This document shows positions 9,773-18,447 of a DNA stretch of 64,000 nt, one piece after another; the first letter of the stretch is position 1, and every line of letters begins with the position of its first letter. The position numbers were made by a program, and so were the translations under genes. The notes below the pieces were generated by a model. The model was not told the DNA's origin. It saw only the letters and a program-made list of their open reading frames with translations, and did not search any database. The DNA is taken from NCBI GenBank assembly GCA_965279515.1, contig CBDIID010000003.1:2240001-2304000 (forward strand), written 5' to 3'. Source of the stretch: Turneriella sp. (GTDB lineage Bacteria; Spirochaetota; Leptospiria; Turneriellales; Turneriellaceae).

Positions 9773-10276
9773 TTATTCCAATTCTATTCGAATTGTTCGC
9801 TCGCCGATGAGATCTTTTCCACAATAGACACCATAGGTCACTGCGAAGGGTTCGAGCCGCCGATACGGCTCTGCTTTGACGATCGCATATCTTTTCTCTA
9901 TAAGACTACCGAGCATCACAAGTCCATAGACATTATTTTCGCGTAACTCCAGGTATTCAAGCTCCAGCTTTTCGCCCGTAGGTGGTGAGAATGTATAACG
10001 CCCGTGCAGGCATTCGAAGGTAACGTCGTATTTTGAGCGCGCATTCTTCAGTTCAAAGGCAAGGCGGTCGCCGCGGAAATATACCGAGTTCGCAAAATCG
10101 CGGATCGTTTTGTTCCGCACGGTTTTTTCTGACGCGGAATAGACAACCTTTTCGGCAACGGGATTGATACAGCCCTTGGGATCAAAGTCGCGGCAAAAAG
10201 AAAAGATGTTATGCTGTTTGCATGCGCAGCACAGTAGAGATCCCACTGCAAAAAAAAAGGGTATGGCGATTCTCAC
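9773..10276 (-). CDS. Hypothetical lipoprotein
   Basis: Hydrophobic signal with Cys (LLCCAC); GTG start overlapping upstream stop (GTGA). Confidence 0.6.
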   Translation of the reverse strand: MRIAIPFFFAVGSLLCCACKQHNIFSFCRDFDPKGCINPVAEKVVYSASEKTVRNKTIRDFANSVYFRGDRLAFELKNARSKYDVTFECLHGRYTFSPPTGEKLELEYLELRENNVYGLVMLGSLIEKRYAIVKAEPYRRLEPFAVTYGVYCGKDLIGERTIRIELE

Positions 10277-10743
10277 AGGACCTTCAAGGCGAAACCGCAA
10301 AGGGAAATCAACAACAAAAGCGAGATGATAAAAACCGGCGATACGACGCGTGGCTGCGGCAGCTCTTTCTCAGGATACGTGTGTTCGACCTCGGGCGTGA
10401 ACGGTTTCAGTGTCTCTTGTGTTAAATAGATCTGCACGAGCCACAGCACAAGTTTTGCCGAAAACACCAGGCCATAGAATCCCTTCAGCACCGACTTGCC
10501 CTTGAGCCCAGCCAGCGCTGCCCCTGAAATCACAATGACAATGAAGGCGCCGTGGAGGAACTTCCAGTAGAGGATAATGATCTCGCCACGGAAATTATCG
10601 ACATACTTATACGAGCGGTAGCGGCCGTAGATGCGCTGGAATATCAGCAGAAGAAAAACGAGGGAGCCGAAATAGACCGCGACGCCCAGCCAGTGGGCGG
10701 CGGTAAAAACAACCGGTACCCATTCCTGAGCCGGCTGCGCCAC
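10273..10743 (-). CDS. Hypothetical 4-TM membrane protein (CopD-like topology)
   Basis: HWLGVAVYFG in TM1, ISG in TM2, KL in TM3. Confidence 0.55.
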   Translation of the reverse strand: MAQPAQEWVPVVFTAAHWLGVAVYFGSLVFLLLIFQRIYGRYRSYKYVDNFRGEIIILYWKFLHGAFIVIVISGAALAGLKGKSVLKGFYGLVFSAKLVLWLVQIYLTQETLKPFTPEVEHTYPEKELPQPRVVSPVFIISLLLLISLCGFALKVL

Positions 10744-10748
10744 GGGGC

Positions 10749-11108
10749 TTAGTCTTCGCGGTAGTAGAGCTCGACCAGATTGCCGTTCGGGTCGGTCACG
10801 TGAACGCTTTCGCCGCCTTCGATCTCGAAGGGGCCTTTGGCGATGGTAATTTCACCCTGCTCTATTTCTTGCAGCGCCTCGGTGAAGTCGTCAACATCGA
10901 GTAAAAACGATAAAACGGGGACTTTTGCGTAGGGCTCAAGGCCGCTATCGAGCCGAATCTGAAGGTTATCAAAGGAAACCACTGCAAAATTTGTGCTTTC
11001 TTCGACAACTTCGAAGTCTAAAAACTGCGTGTAGAATTCTACCGCCTTTTGAAGGTTTTTGGCGGGCATATTGATATGACTCAGCGTTTCGATGATGACC
11101 ATGTGCAT
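10749..11108 (-). CDS. VOC/glyoxalase family protein
   Basis: HINM...NLQKAVEFY...LDF and DPNGNLVEL motifs; start moved to internal Met. Confidence 0.88.
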   Translation of the reverse strand: MHMVIIETLSHINMPAKNLQKAVEFYTQFLDFEVVEESTNFAVVSFDNLQIRLDSGLEPYAKVPVLSFLLDVDDFTEALQEIEQGEITIAKGPFEIEGGESVHVTDPNGNLVELYYRED

Positions 11109-11157
11109 GGCAAAAAGCACGGGAAAAACATGCCAGCAAGCATAATTTGAGAATCGA

Positions 11158-12432
11158 TTATCGGCTGGCGACAGGGCGACGCGCCGCAGGCACCGGTAGT
11201 GAAAAAATCTCGATGGGATTGGGAATTCCCTTGAGCTCTTTGGCGCCATGCGGCTCGAGGCGGATTCTCAGCAAACGCGCCAGATCGGCACTGATCAGGA
11301 CATTCTTGCCGAGCTCAGCACAGAGCGCGGCAACCCGGCTCGCGGTATTGACCGCCGCACCGATCGCCGTGAAATCGAGGCGGTCGTTCGAGCCGATATT
11401 GCCATACTGTATCAGGCCATAATGCAGGCCGATACCGTGCTCCAGGGGGATTTTCCCCTCGGATACGCGCCGCTCGTTGAGCTTTTTCAGTGCGCGGCCG
11501 GCGGCATTCGCCGCGATCAGCGACTGGTATTTCACCTGCCGCTCTTTGCCCTCGCGCGCGCTGAAGATGACCAGGAGTCCGTCTCCCAGGAATTTAAGCA
11601 CTTCGCCGCCATACTCGCGCACCACGGGAATAATAGTCTCATAGTAGGTGTTTAAGACCTCGATAATTTCTTCGGGCTGCATGATCGAACTCATCGCCGA
11701 AAAACCGCGGATGTCTGAAAACCACACAACCGACTCGAAATTTTCCATGTCACCGCGCTGGATACGCCCCGCCAATACCTGTGGCCCGGTGATTTCGCCG
11801 AGATAGAGGCGCAGCAAACTATCGAGCAGTTCATCTTTCAGGCGCGCCTCGAGTGCCAGCGTAAAGAGTCCCGTCAGGCGCTTCAGGTCAGTCATCGCCG
11901 CGGCATTGAATCCGCCTTTTTTGCGTGTCGCGAAGCTGATAAAACCCTCGATCTTCGCCTTGAAGTAAACCGGAAGTGCCAGGTAGTCGGTGCCGTCGAG
12001 CTCGTGCAGGTCTTTGAGAATCGGGTATTTAAATTTCTTCTGGCCCCGTAGGATTTTTTCGCGCACGGTGCGACCATGGAGAATGACCGGCGCCATCGGC
12101 GATTCGCGGAACGCCGGTGTCTCGATGTTTACACGCAATATGCGGATGTGATTTACGTAACCGTTTTTCAGTTTGATCTGGCGCACATCCTGGATACCGG
12201 TGCCCGGCGGCGGCAGCGGTATGTTATCGACATCTGACCATACCAGTGAAATCGCACCGAACTGCGGGTGCAAAGAACGGCTGGCGAAATTGGCGCGGAA
12301 AATCTGGTAACCCGCGCGGTTGAGAAAACCGGTGAAGGCGCCGAAAAATTCGACCGCCGATGCTTCTTTTCCGGATTTGCGCGCGAGCCAGTCGCCAAAT
12401 TCAAAAATCAGATTCTTCTGCTTTTCAGCCAT
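11158..12432 (-). CDS. Class III adenylate cyclase with GAF-like N-terminus
   Basis: FSDIRGFS, KFLGDG, DFTAIG..VNTASR; Lys/Asp specificity pair indicates ATP. Confidence 0.9.
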   Translation of the reverse strand: MAEKQKNLIFEFGDWLARKSGKEASAVEFFGAFTGFLNRAGYQIFRANFASRSLHPQFGAISLVWSDVDNIPLPPPGTGIQDVRQIKLKNGYVNHIRILRVNIETPAFRESPMAPVILHGRTVREKILRGQKKFKYPILKDLHELDGTDYLALPVYFKAKIEGFISFATRKKGGFNAAAMTDLKRLTGLFTLALEARLKDELLDSLLRLYLGEITGPQVLAGRIQRGDMENFESVVWFSDIRGFSAMSSIMQPEEIIEVLNTYYETIIPVVREYGGEVLKFLGDGLLVIFSAREGKERQVKYQSLIAANAAGRALKKLNERRVSEGKIPLEHGIGLHYGLIQYGNIGSNDRLDFTAIGAAVNTASRVAALCAELGKNVLISADLARLLRIRLEPHGAKELKGIPNPIEIFSLPVPAARRPVASR

Positions 12433-12537
12433 AGATCTGTCACAGAAGCCCACCATCACCGTCAATGGAATTCACAGCGTGTACGCGGGAAATCCCACAT
12501 TGTGTTGACGCCATAATGACAGCGATTAGCAACCAGT

Positions 12538-12801
12538 ATGGAAGCACACATTGCCGCGAAACAACCGATCGAAGCCGAACTCGAAGCAGGCAAAACCTAT
12601 TTCTGGTGCGCTTGCGGGCATTCGAAAACGCAGCCCTACTGCGACGGCACTCATAAAGAAGTAAATTCAGGCATTGCCGATGCAGCCGCGCGCTTCAAAC
12701 CGGTACGCGTTTCATCAGAACAGGCGCAAAAGGTGTGGCTTTGCATGTGTAAGCATACGAAAAATGCGCCCTATTGTGACGGAACCCATAAAACTCTCTA
12801 A
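12538..12801 (+). CDS. CDGSH iron-sulfur domain protein (two CDGSH motifs)
   Basis: WCACGHSKTQPYCDGTH and LCMCKHTKNAPYCDGTH. Confidence 0.95.
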   Translation: MEAHIAAKQPIEAELEAGKTYFWCACGHSKTQPYCDGTHKEVNSGIADAAARFKPVRVSSEQAQKVWLCMCKHTKNAPYCDGTHKTL

Positions 12802-12932
12802 AATGTAGCGGTGCTTAGCACTTTTCTTCCCTTAAACCACCAATTCTTAGCATAAATTAGGCCGCCGATAGGGCCATTTTGTGCCATTTTATTCCTTACG
12901 AGAAGAAACCCAAGGATCTCTTAGCGAGACTA

Positions 12933-12948
12933 TGGCATTTAATTTGCT
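12933..12948 (+). promoter_or_regulatory. Putative sigma-54 (-24/-12) promoter
   Basis: TGGCAT-TTAAT-TTGCT with exact GG-N10-GC spacing, about 50 nt upstream of the porin start. Confidence 0.65.
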
Positions 12949-12996
12949 GGATCTCGCCTAAGAGAACCCAATTCTCTAATACACAAGGAGTTAAAC

Positions 12997-14520
12997 ATGA
13001 AGTTAAAAAGCATTGCCTTATTGGCAAGTTTAACAGTCTTCGCTGCTGCAGTTTCTGCCGCGCCGAAGAAAGCCCCGGCAAAGCCAGTGGCCGCTAAGGT
13101 AGACCCAAAAGTGGCTAAAGCTGAAGCAGAGGCAAAAGCTAAGGCGGAAGCAGAAGCAAAAGCCAAGGCTGAAGCGGCGAAGGCGCCCGAAGGCCCGCCG
13201 GACAAAGCGTCATGGTTCAATGTTGGTGGTAATCTCGTACAAGGTTACACTTATAACCCGCAACATCCGTCAGACGGATATAACGGTACATTGACCTGGA
13301 CAGACCGCGCGAATGAGTATCAGCTCAATCAGGCGTGGATGTACTTCGAGATTCCCACAGACACAAGCAAAAAAGATTTTGACTTTGGTCTGCGCGTGGA
13401 TACTATGTTCGGTTCCAGCTACCGTTGGGCAACCAGCGCCGGTTTTGAAGACAAACTGTTCAAAACAAATACCGGTAACGGCTCGAGCGTAGCAAGCAAC
13501 CAATATGGCTTGGCAATTCCCCAAGCATACGTTGATATGGCTTACAAGTCGCTGAAACTGCGCGTGGGTCACATCATATCGCCTGTAGGTTTTTTTACGG
13601 TGGATACAACACAGAACGTGTTTAATACCATCCCCTACACGTATGCTTACGGTGAGCCTTTCACGCACTGGGGTGCATTTCTGTATTGGACTGCCAGTGA
13701 TAAGCTGACCCTTATGGGTGGTGCAACACGCGGTGGAGATAACCTCGATGGCGCAGGTGTTGGCTCGAAAGTTCCCGGCTTCCTTGGAACGCTGACGTAC
13801 GTCTTCGACAACAAAGCAACCTTTGACTGGGTTGTTCACGTAAGTAAGGAATACAACTACCACAGCTCAACCACGAGCACAAACCCGGCTCAGAGTTATG
13901 CTTTGGGTTCGTACAACCCTGATGACAGTCTCTACAGCTGGAGGTACTTTCAGACGCTCGTCTATAAGCGCCCACTTACCTCAACGCTGCAGCTGGTTGT
14001 TCAGTCTGACTTCGGAATTCAAAAAGTGGCAGACATGAAGTCCGCTCTGGATGCAACAAATCCGCAGAAAGACAAAGACGTTACAGCAATGTGGTACGGT
14101 GCGAACGTGTACCTGATACACCAGACACTGCAAACGCTGCAACTCGCGGTTAACTTTGAATGGTTCCGTGACAATAACGGTGTTCGCGTAGGTAACGTGC
14201 TCCCCACATACTCTGCGGCAACAACAGGTGTGCGTGGTATGGGTTCGAACTATCTCGCCGGCGGCCGTCTGAATTACGTGGGTAACTTCTTCCAGGTTAC
14301 ATTCGGTCCAAAATGGCAACCACAGAAGAACTTCTTCGTTCGTCTGAATGGTCGTTATGACTACTTCGACGGAACAGCGTTGAATGCAACGACTGCAGCA
14401 ACACTCGCTGCTTCCACGGATGCTGCGACACGAGCTACAGATCCTGCCGCATTACCGTTTGGGAACGGAGCGAAAAAAGATCAGTTCGTAATTGGCTTAG
14501 ACGCAGCTCTCCTCTTCTAA
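12997..14520 (+). CDS. Outer-membrane beta-barrel porin (DUF1597/BBP2-like)
   Basis: Signal peptide, AEAKAK low-complexity linker, NEYQLNQAW, PQAY and EPFTHWG motifs, terminal Phe; strong AAGGAG RBS. Confidence 0.8.
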   Translation: MKLKSIALLASLTVFAAAVSAAPKKAPAKPVAAKVDPKVAKAEAEAKAKAEAEAKAKAEAAKAPEGPPDKASWFNVGGNLVQGYTYNPQHPSDGYNGTLTWTDRANEYQLNQAWMYFEIPTDTSKKDFDFGLRVDTMFGSSYRWATSAGFEDKLFKTNTGNGSSVASNQYGLAIPQAYVDMAYKSLKLRVGHIISPVGFFTVDTTQNVFNTIPYTYAYGEPFTHWGAFLYWTASDKLTLMGGATRGGDNLDGAGVGSKVPGFLGTLTYVFDNKATFDWVVHVSKEYNYHSSTTSTNPAQSYALGSYNPDDSLYSWRYFQTLVYKRPLTSTLQLVVQSDFGIQKVADMKSALDATNPQKDKDVTAMWYGANVYLIHQTLQTLQLAVNFEWFRDNNGVRVGNVLPTYSAATTGVRGMGSNYLAGGRLNYVGNFFQVTFGPKWQPQKNFFVRLNGRYDYFDGTALNATTAATLAASTDAATRATDPAALPFGNGAKKDQFVIGLDAALLF

Positions 14521-14539
14521 GGAAACTGTATCGAATCTC

Positions 14540-14569
14540 AAAAAGGCGGCCGCTGGCCGCCTTTTTTTT
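14540..14569. terminator. Bidirectional intrinsic terminator
   Basis: AAAAAGGCGGCC-GCT-GGCCGCCTTTTTTTT between convergent genes. Confidence 0.9.
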
Positions 14570-14571
14570 GC

Positions 14572-17500
14572 CTAGCGCTTTCGCTTTTTTTTCTTCCACT
14601 TCGACTTACCTTCGTTGGCGCCTTCATAGACCAGGCGCGGCGCAGTCTCGGCTGTCGCCTCGTGATCCCTGATATCGAAGTAATCCGTTTTGCCGGCATG
14701 CGAGCCCGCAGTGGGCGCCGTGGGATTCTCGTCTTTTACGATCAAAAGGTAGAGGCATGGTAAGACAGTCAGAATCAGCACCAATGCCGCAAACAGACCG
14801 CCGACGACGACCGTGGCAAGCGGTCGCTGCACGTCTGAACCCACCCCCGTTGCCAGCGTCGCGGGGATTAATCCCAGAAGCGCCAGCGTCATCGTCATGA
14901 GGCGGGGCCTCAGCTGCACAATCGCCGCGTGTTCGACGGCTTCCATGACGCTCATGTTCAGGTTTGACCTCAGGATCAGGTTTGTTCGCGAAACGAAGAG
15001 GACTCCCCCCATCGTCGCAATACCGAACAACGAGATAAATCCCACCCCGGCCGAGATGTTGAAGTAATAATCGCGGACGACGAGCGCCATGAGGCCGCCG
15101 ACCAGCGACAGCGGAATGCAGGCCAGCGCCACCATCACGTAACGCAGGCGTTTGTAGAGGCCATACAGCAGCGCAAAGATGATAAAGATCGTCACCGGAA
15201 TCGCTACCGCCAACTGCTTACCGACGCGCGCGAGGTTCTCATAGTTGCCGCCGTATTCGAGGCTGTAGTCCTCGGGCAATTTTACCTGCGCGGCAACCTT
15301 GTCCTGTAACTCTTTCACGAAACCACCCTGGTCGCGGCCGCGGATATTCGTGCGCACTGTGATGGCGCGCTTACCTTCTTGCCTGAAAATCATCGTTGGC
15401 CCATCGATGATGGAAATATCGGCAAGCTGCGCCAGCGGCACGCGTTCTCCGGTGGGAGCGAAAACCGGCAGGGCCTGCAGCGCCTTGACGCTCTTGCGGT
15501 ATTCATAGGGATACCGCACAACGATGCCGAAGCGCCATGGCCCTTCATACAGCGTCGATATCCGCTGGGCACCGATACCCCGCTCTATGACGCTCTGGAT
15601 CGTGCTGATATTGATGCCGTAGCGTCCGGCAACTTCGCGCTTGATCTTGATCGTCAGTTGCGGCGAGTCGGCTTCCTGTTCGAGACCATATTCCGAAGCC
15701 CCCGGAATCTGACTGAGGATATCGAGGATTTCATTGGCTTTTTGCCGGGCGATCTTGAGATCGGGCCCATAGACAAACACCGCCAATTCAGCAATGGTAC
15801 CGTTAATCGCCTCCTGCATGTTATCCATAATCGGCTGCGAAAAGCTCCAGCGCACCGAGGGAAACTCGTGTTCCATATCCTTGATAATGCGGATGAGCAG
15901 ATCCTGTTTTGTTATTTTCTCTTCCCACTTCGCGTAATCGTGCAGCGACATCGTGATTTCGAGGCGATTGGGCGGCAGCGGGTCGGTACCCGAATCGTTG
16001 CGTCCGAGCTGCGCCACGGAGTTGGCGATCATGGTATTCTTCGCCAGGACTTCCTGAATCTTCGGCAACTGCTTGTTTGCGGACTGCAAAGAAACACCTA
16101 CCGGGAAATATCCCCTAAGTGTCAGGTTGCCTTCGTCGAGCTCGGGCAAAAATTCAGACCCGATCTTCAGCGTACCGAATATCGTCAGGGCGAGAACGGC
16201 GCCGAATGCGATGGCGACGACCTTTTTGTAGCGGGCCAGCAAATAACGTACCACACGATCGTACTGTTTTTCTATCCAGCCGTATACCGGGTTGTGCCAT
16301 TCGATTTTCTCCTTGCTGTCGGATTCCCAGTATTTCCGGTAAATCATCGCCATTAACACGGGCACTACTGTCATGGCAAAAACGAGCGATCCGAGAATCG
16401 CGTAAGAAATCGTAAACGCCATCGGTTTAAAGAGCCGTCCCTCGATACGCTCAAACGAGAAGATGGGAATATAGGCGAGGATAATAATGAGCATCGAAAA
16501 GACGATCTCCATCCCCACTTCCTTGGTGCCGTTCAGCGTATACTGGCCGATATTCTGCGTGCGGTTGTCTTTTCGGTCACGGTAAAGCCGCGTGATGTTC
16601 TCGGCCATAACGACGACGCCGTCGACGATGATACCGAAGTCAATCGCGCCCAGCGATAAGAGGTTCGCCGAAAGCCCCGTCATCCGCATGAGAATAAAAG
16701 CGCAACAGAGCGAGAACGGTATCGTCAACACCACCACCATCGCGGTGCGCACCGAACCGATGAAGAACACCAGAATCAAGGTCACAATCGTCACACCCTC
16801 TATCAGGGTTTTGCTGATCGTATTCAAGGTATACTTGACGAGATCGCCCCGGTCGACCATGACCTTGACCTGCATGCCATCCGGCATGTATTTCTCATTG
16901 ATTTCTTTGGTCTTCGCGCGCAGTTTTTCTCCGGTAGTATTGGGGTCACACCAGCGCCGCATGGCCGTGTTCCCCTGGACTCCCGAGGGGACGCTGAACA
17001 GCGCTTCGCCGGCGGATTTATCCTGCGTGAAATAGTTCACAACCCCTTGCGGTATCAGCGGCGAAACTTCGACCGAGGCCAGGTCTTTAACGAAGACCGG
17101 TACGCCGCGTTCGGTTTTCACAAAAATATTTTCGATATCCTTGAGATTGCGGATAGCGCCCAGCGAACGGATCGCAAACCCCTGGTCGCCCTGGCGCAGA
17201 ATATTGCCGCCGCTGTTGAGATTATTATTCTGAATGGCGTTGACGACTTCTTCGAGATTGGTATTGTATTGAACCATCCGCTCCGGGGTCGTGATTACGT
17301 GGTACTGTTTTTCCAGGCCGCCGAATGTCACAACATCGGCAACGCAAGGCACCGATAGAAGTTTCGGCATGACTACCCAGTCCTGCACCGTGCGCACTTC
17401 CATCGGCGTATGGTTTTTTCTGCTCTCGACGATGTAACGGAAAATCTCGCCCGAAGGTGAACTCATCGGCGCAAGTTCCGGTTCCACTTCGGGGGGAATC

Positions 17501-17862
17501 TGCGCTTCCTTGACTTTTTCCATCAGACGTATGCGCGCGAAATAGTCGTCGGTACCTTCTTCGAAGACGAATTGGAATGTCACAAGGCCATTGATCGTCC
17601 GCGAACGCCTGACGCGCACATTGGGCGTATTATTTGTGACGCGCTCAATGGGCAGTGTCACACGCTCTTCAACCTCGACGGCGGCGCGCCCCGGAAACGC
17701 CGCAACCATACGTACCTGCGTATCGGCAATATCCGAATACGCCTCTTTCTGGATGCCGACCCACGACCAGATTCCCAGCGCTACGATGAGACCGGCGAGA
17801 CCGAGGGTCGGGAGTTTGTTCTTGAGGGCGAACTCCACCGCCCGAAAAATAATCTTATCCAT
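14572..17862 (-). CDS. CzcA/CusA-family heavy-metal efflux RND permease (copy 2)
   Basis: About 1096 aa; [46 protein letters not shown] at 17862 preceded by AAGGAG. Confidence 0.95.
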   Translation of the reverse strand: MDKIIFRAVEFALKNKLPTLGLAGLIVALGIWSWVGIQKEAYSDIADTQVRMVAAFPGRAAVEVEERVTLPIERVTNNTPNVRVRRSRTINGLVTFQFVFEEGTDDYFARIRLMEKVKEAQIPPEVEPELAPMSSPSGEIFRYIVESRKNHTPMEVRTVQDWVVMPKLLSVPCVADVVTFGGLEKQYHVITTPERMVQYNTNLEEVVNAIQNNNLNSGGNILRQGDQGFAIRSLGAIRNLKDIENIFVKTERGVPVFVKDLASVEVSPLIPQGVVNYFTQDKSAGEALFSVPSGVQGNTAMRRWCDPNTTGEKLRAKTKEINEKYMPDGMQVKVMVDRGDLVKYTLNTISKTLIEGVTIVTLILVFFIGSVRTAMVVVLTIPFSLCCAFILMRMTGLSANLLSLGAIDFGIIVDGVVVMAENITRLYRDRKDNRTQNIGQYTLNGTKEVGMEIVFSMLIIILAYIPIFSFERIEGRLFKPMAFTISYAILGSLVFAMTVVPVLMAMIYRKYWESDSKEKIEWHNPVYGWIEKQYDRVVRYLLARYKKVVAIAFGAVLALTIFGTLKIGSEFLPELDEGNLTLRGYFPVGVSLQSANKQLPKIQEVLAKNTMIANSVAQLGRNDSGTDPLPPNRLEITMSLHDYAKWEEKITKQDLLIRIIKDMEHEFPSVRWSFSQPIMDNMQEAINGTIAELAVFVYGPDLKIARQKANEILDILSQIPGASEYGLEQEADSPQLTIKIKREVAGRYGINISTIQSVIERGIGAQRISTLYEGPWRFGIVVRYPYEYRKSVKALQALPVFAPTGERVPLAQLADISIIDGPTMIFRQEGKRAITVRTNIRGRDQGGFVKELQDKVAAQVKLPEDYSLEYGGNYENLARVGKQLAVAIPVTIFIIFALLYGLYKRLRYVMVALACIPLSLVGGLMALVVRDYYFNISAGVGFISLFGIATMGGVLFVSRTNLILRSNLNMSVMEAVEHAAIVQLRPRLMTMTLALLGLIPATLATGVGSDVQRPLATVVVGGLFAALVLILTVLPCLYLLIVKDENPTAPTAGSHAGKTDYFDIRDHEATAETAPRLVYEGANEGKSKWKKKKRKR

Positions 17863-18005
17863 GATTGCTCCTTGCAACAAAGACATCTTTGTTTTATCCC
17901 TGCCTGGAGTCGGCGCGCAATGGCAGCCCGCGCAGAGCGGAGCTCAACACTCAAGACGCACCTCTCCATACCCGCGGGTTTTCCGCGGCATTAAAAATTT
18001 TTTGC

Positions 18006-18446
18006 TTAGATGGATCTTACCGGAGGAGGAATCGGATACCGGCTTGGGATATCAGATTGGGCAAAATAATGAAAATCATCGTCGGGATGGATGACACTCA
18101 GGAAAAAACCGGAAGGTTTCAGGACCGCAGAGGTGACCGTCTGCAGAAAAAAATCGCGAAAATGTTCCTGAAAACCGAATCGCAGAAGGCTGCCACGCTT
18201 ATTCGGATGCGCGAGTTTTTGGGCGACTTCACCCGCAGTTTCCCGCACGCCGTGCTCCGATGCCAGCCCTCCGCCTGCAGCATGCAGTTCGGGTGCCTTC
18301 TGGATATGACCGTAGCCGAAAGTTCCCGGCGGCTGCACGCCTCCGGCGACGGCAAATCCGGAGACGGCATAGAATAAAAGGAAGAGCACCGCGGGGATTT
18401 TTCTCCGCGGGGAAAATTCAGAAACTGCTTTCGAATCGGATAACAA
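18006..18446 (-). CDS. Putative leader/arrest peptide ORF 2 (146 aa; signal peptide; C-terminal SRYPIPPP)
   Basis: In-frame TTG 1 nt after the czcA copy 1 stop; aligns with 24800-25246 (DS..VS..PR, ELHAA, G[VI]RE, SRYPIPPP). Confidence 0.75.
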   Translation of the reverse strand: MLSDSKAVSEFSPRRKIPAVLFLLFYAVSGFAVAGGVQPPGTFGYGHIQKAPELHAAGGGLASEHGVRETAGEVAQKLAHPNKRGSLLRFGFQEHFRDFFLQTVTSAVLKPSGFFLSVIHPDDDFHYFAQSDIPSRYPIPPPVRSI

Positions 18447-18447
18447 G

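Noticed and set aside
13110..13185. Short tandem GCAGAAGC/AAAGCT repeats
   Set aside because: Encode the AEAKAK linker of the porin; not an independent element
17863..18005. Possible NiCo or other known riboswitch before czcA copy 2
   Set aside because: I could not match the conserved core of any riboswitch I know; an Infernal/Rfam scan would settle it
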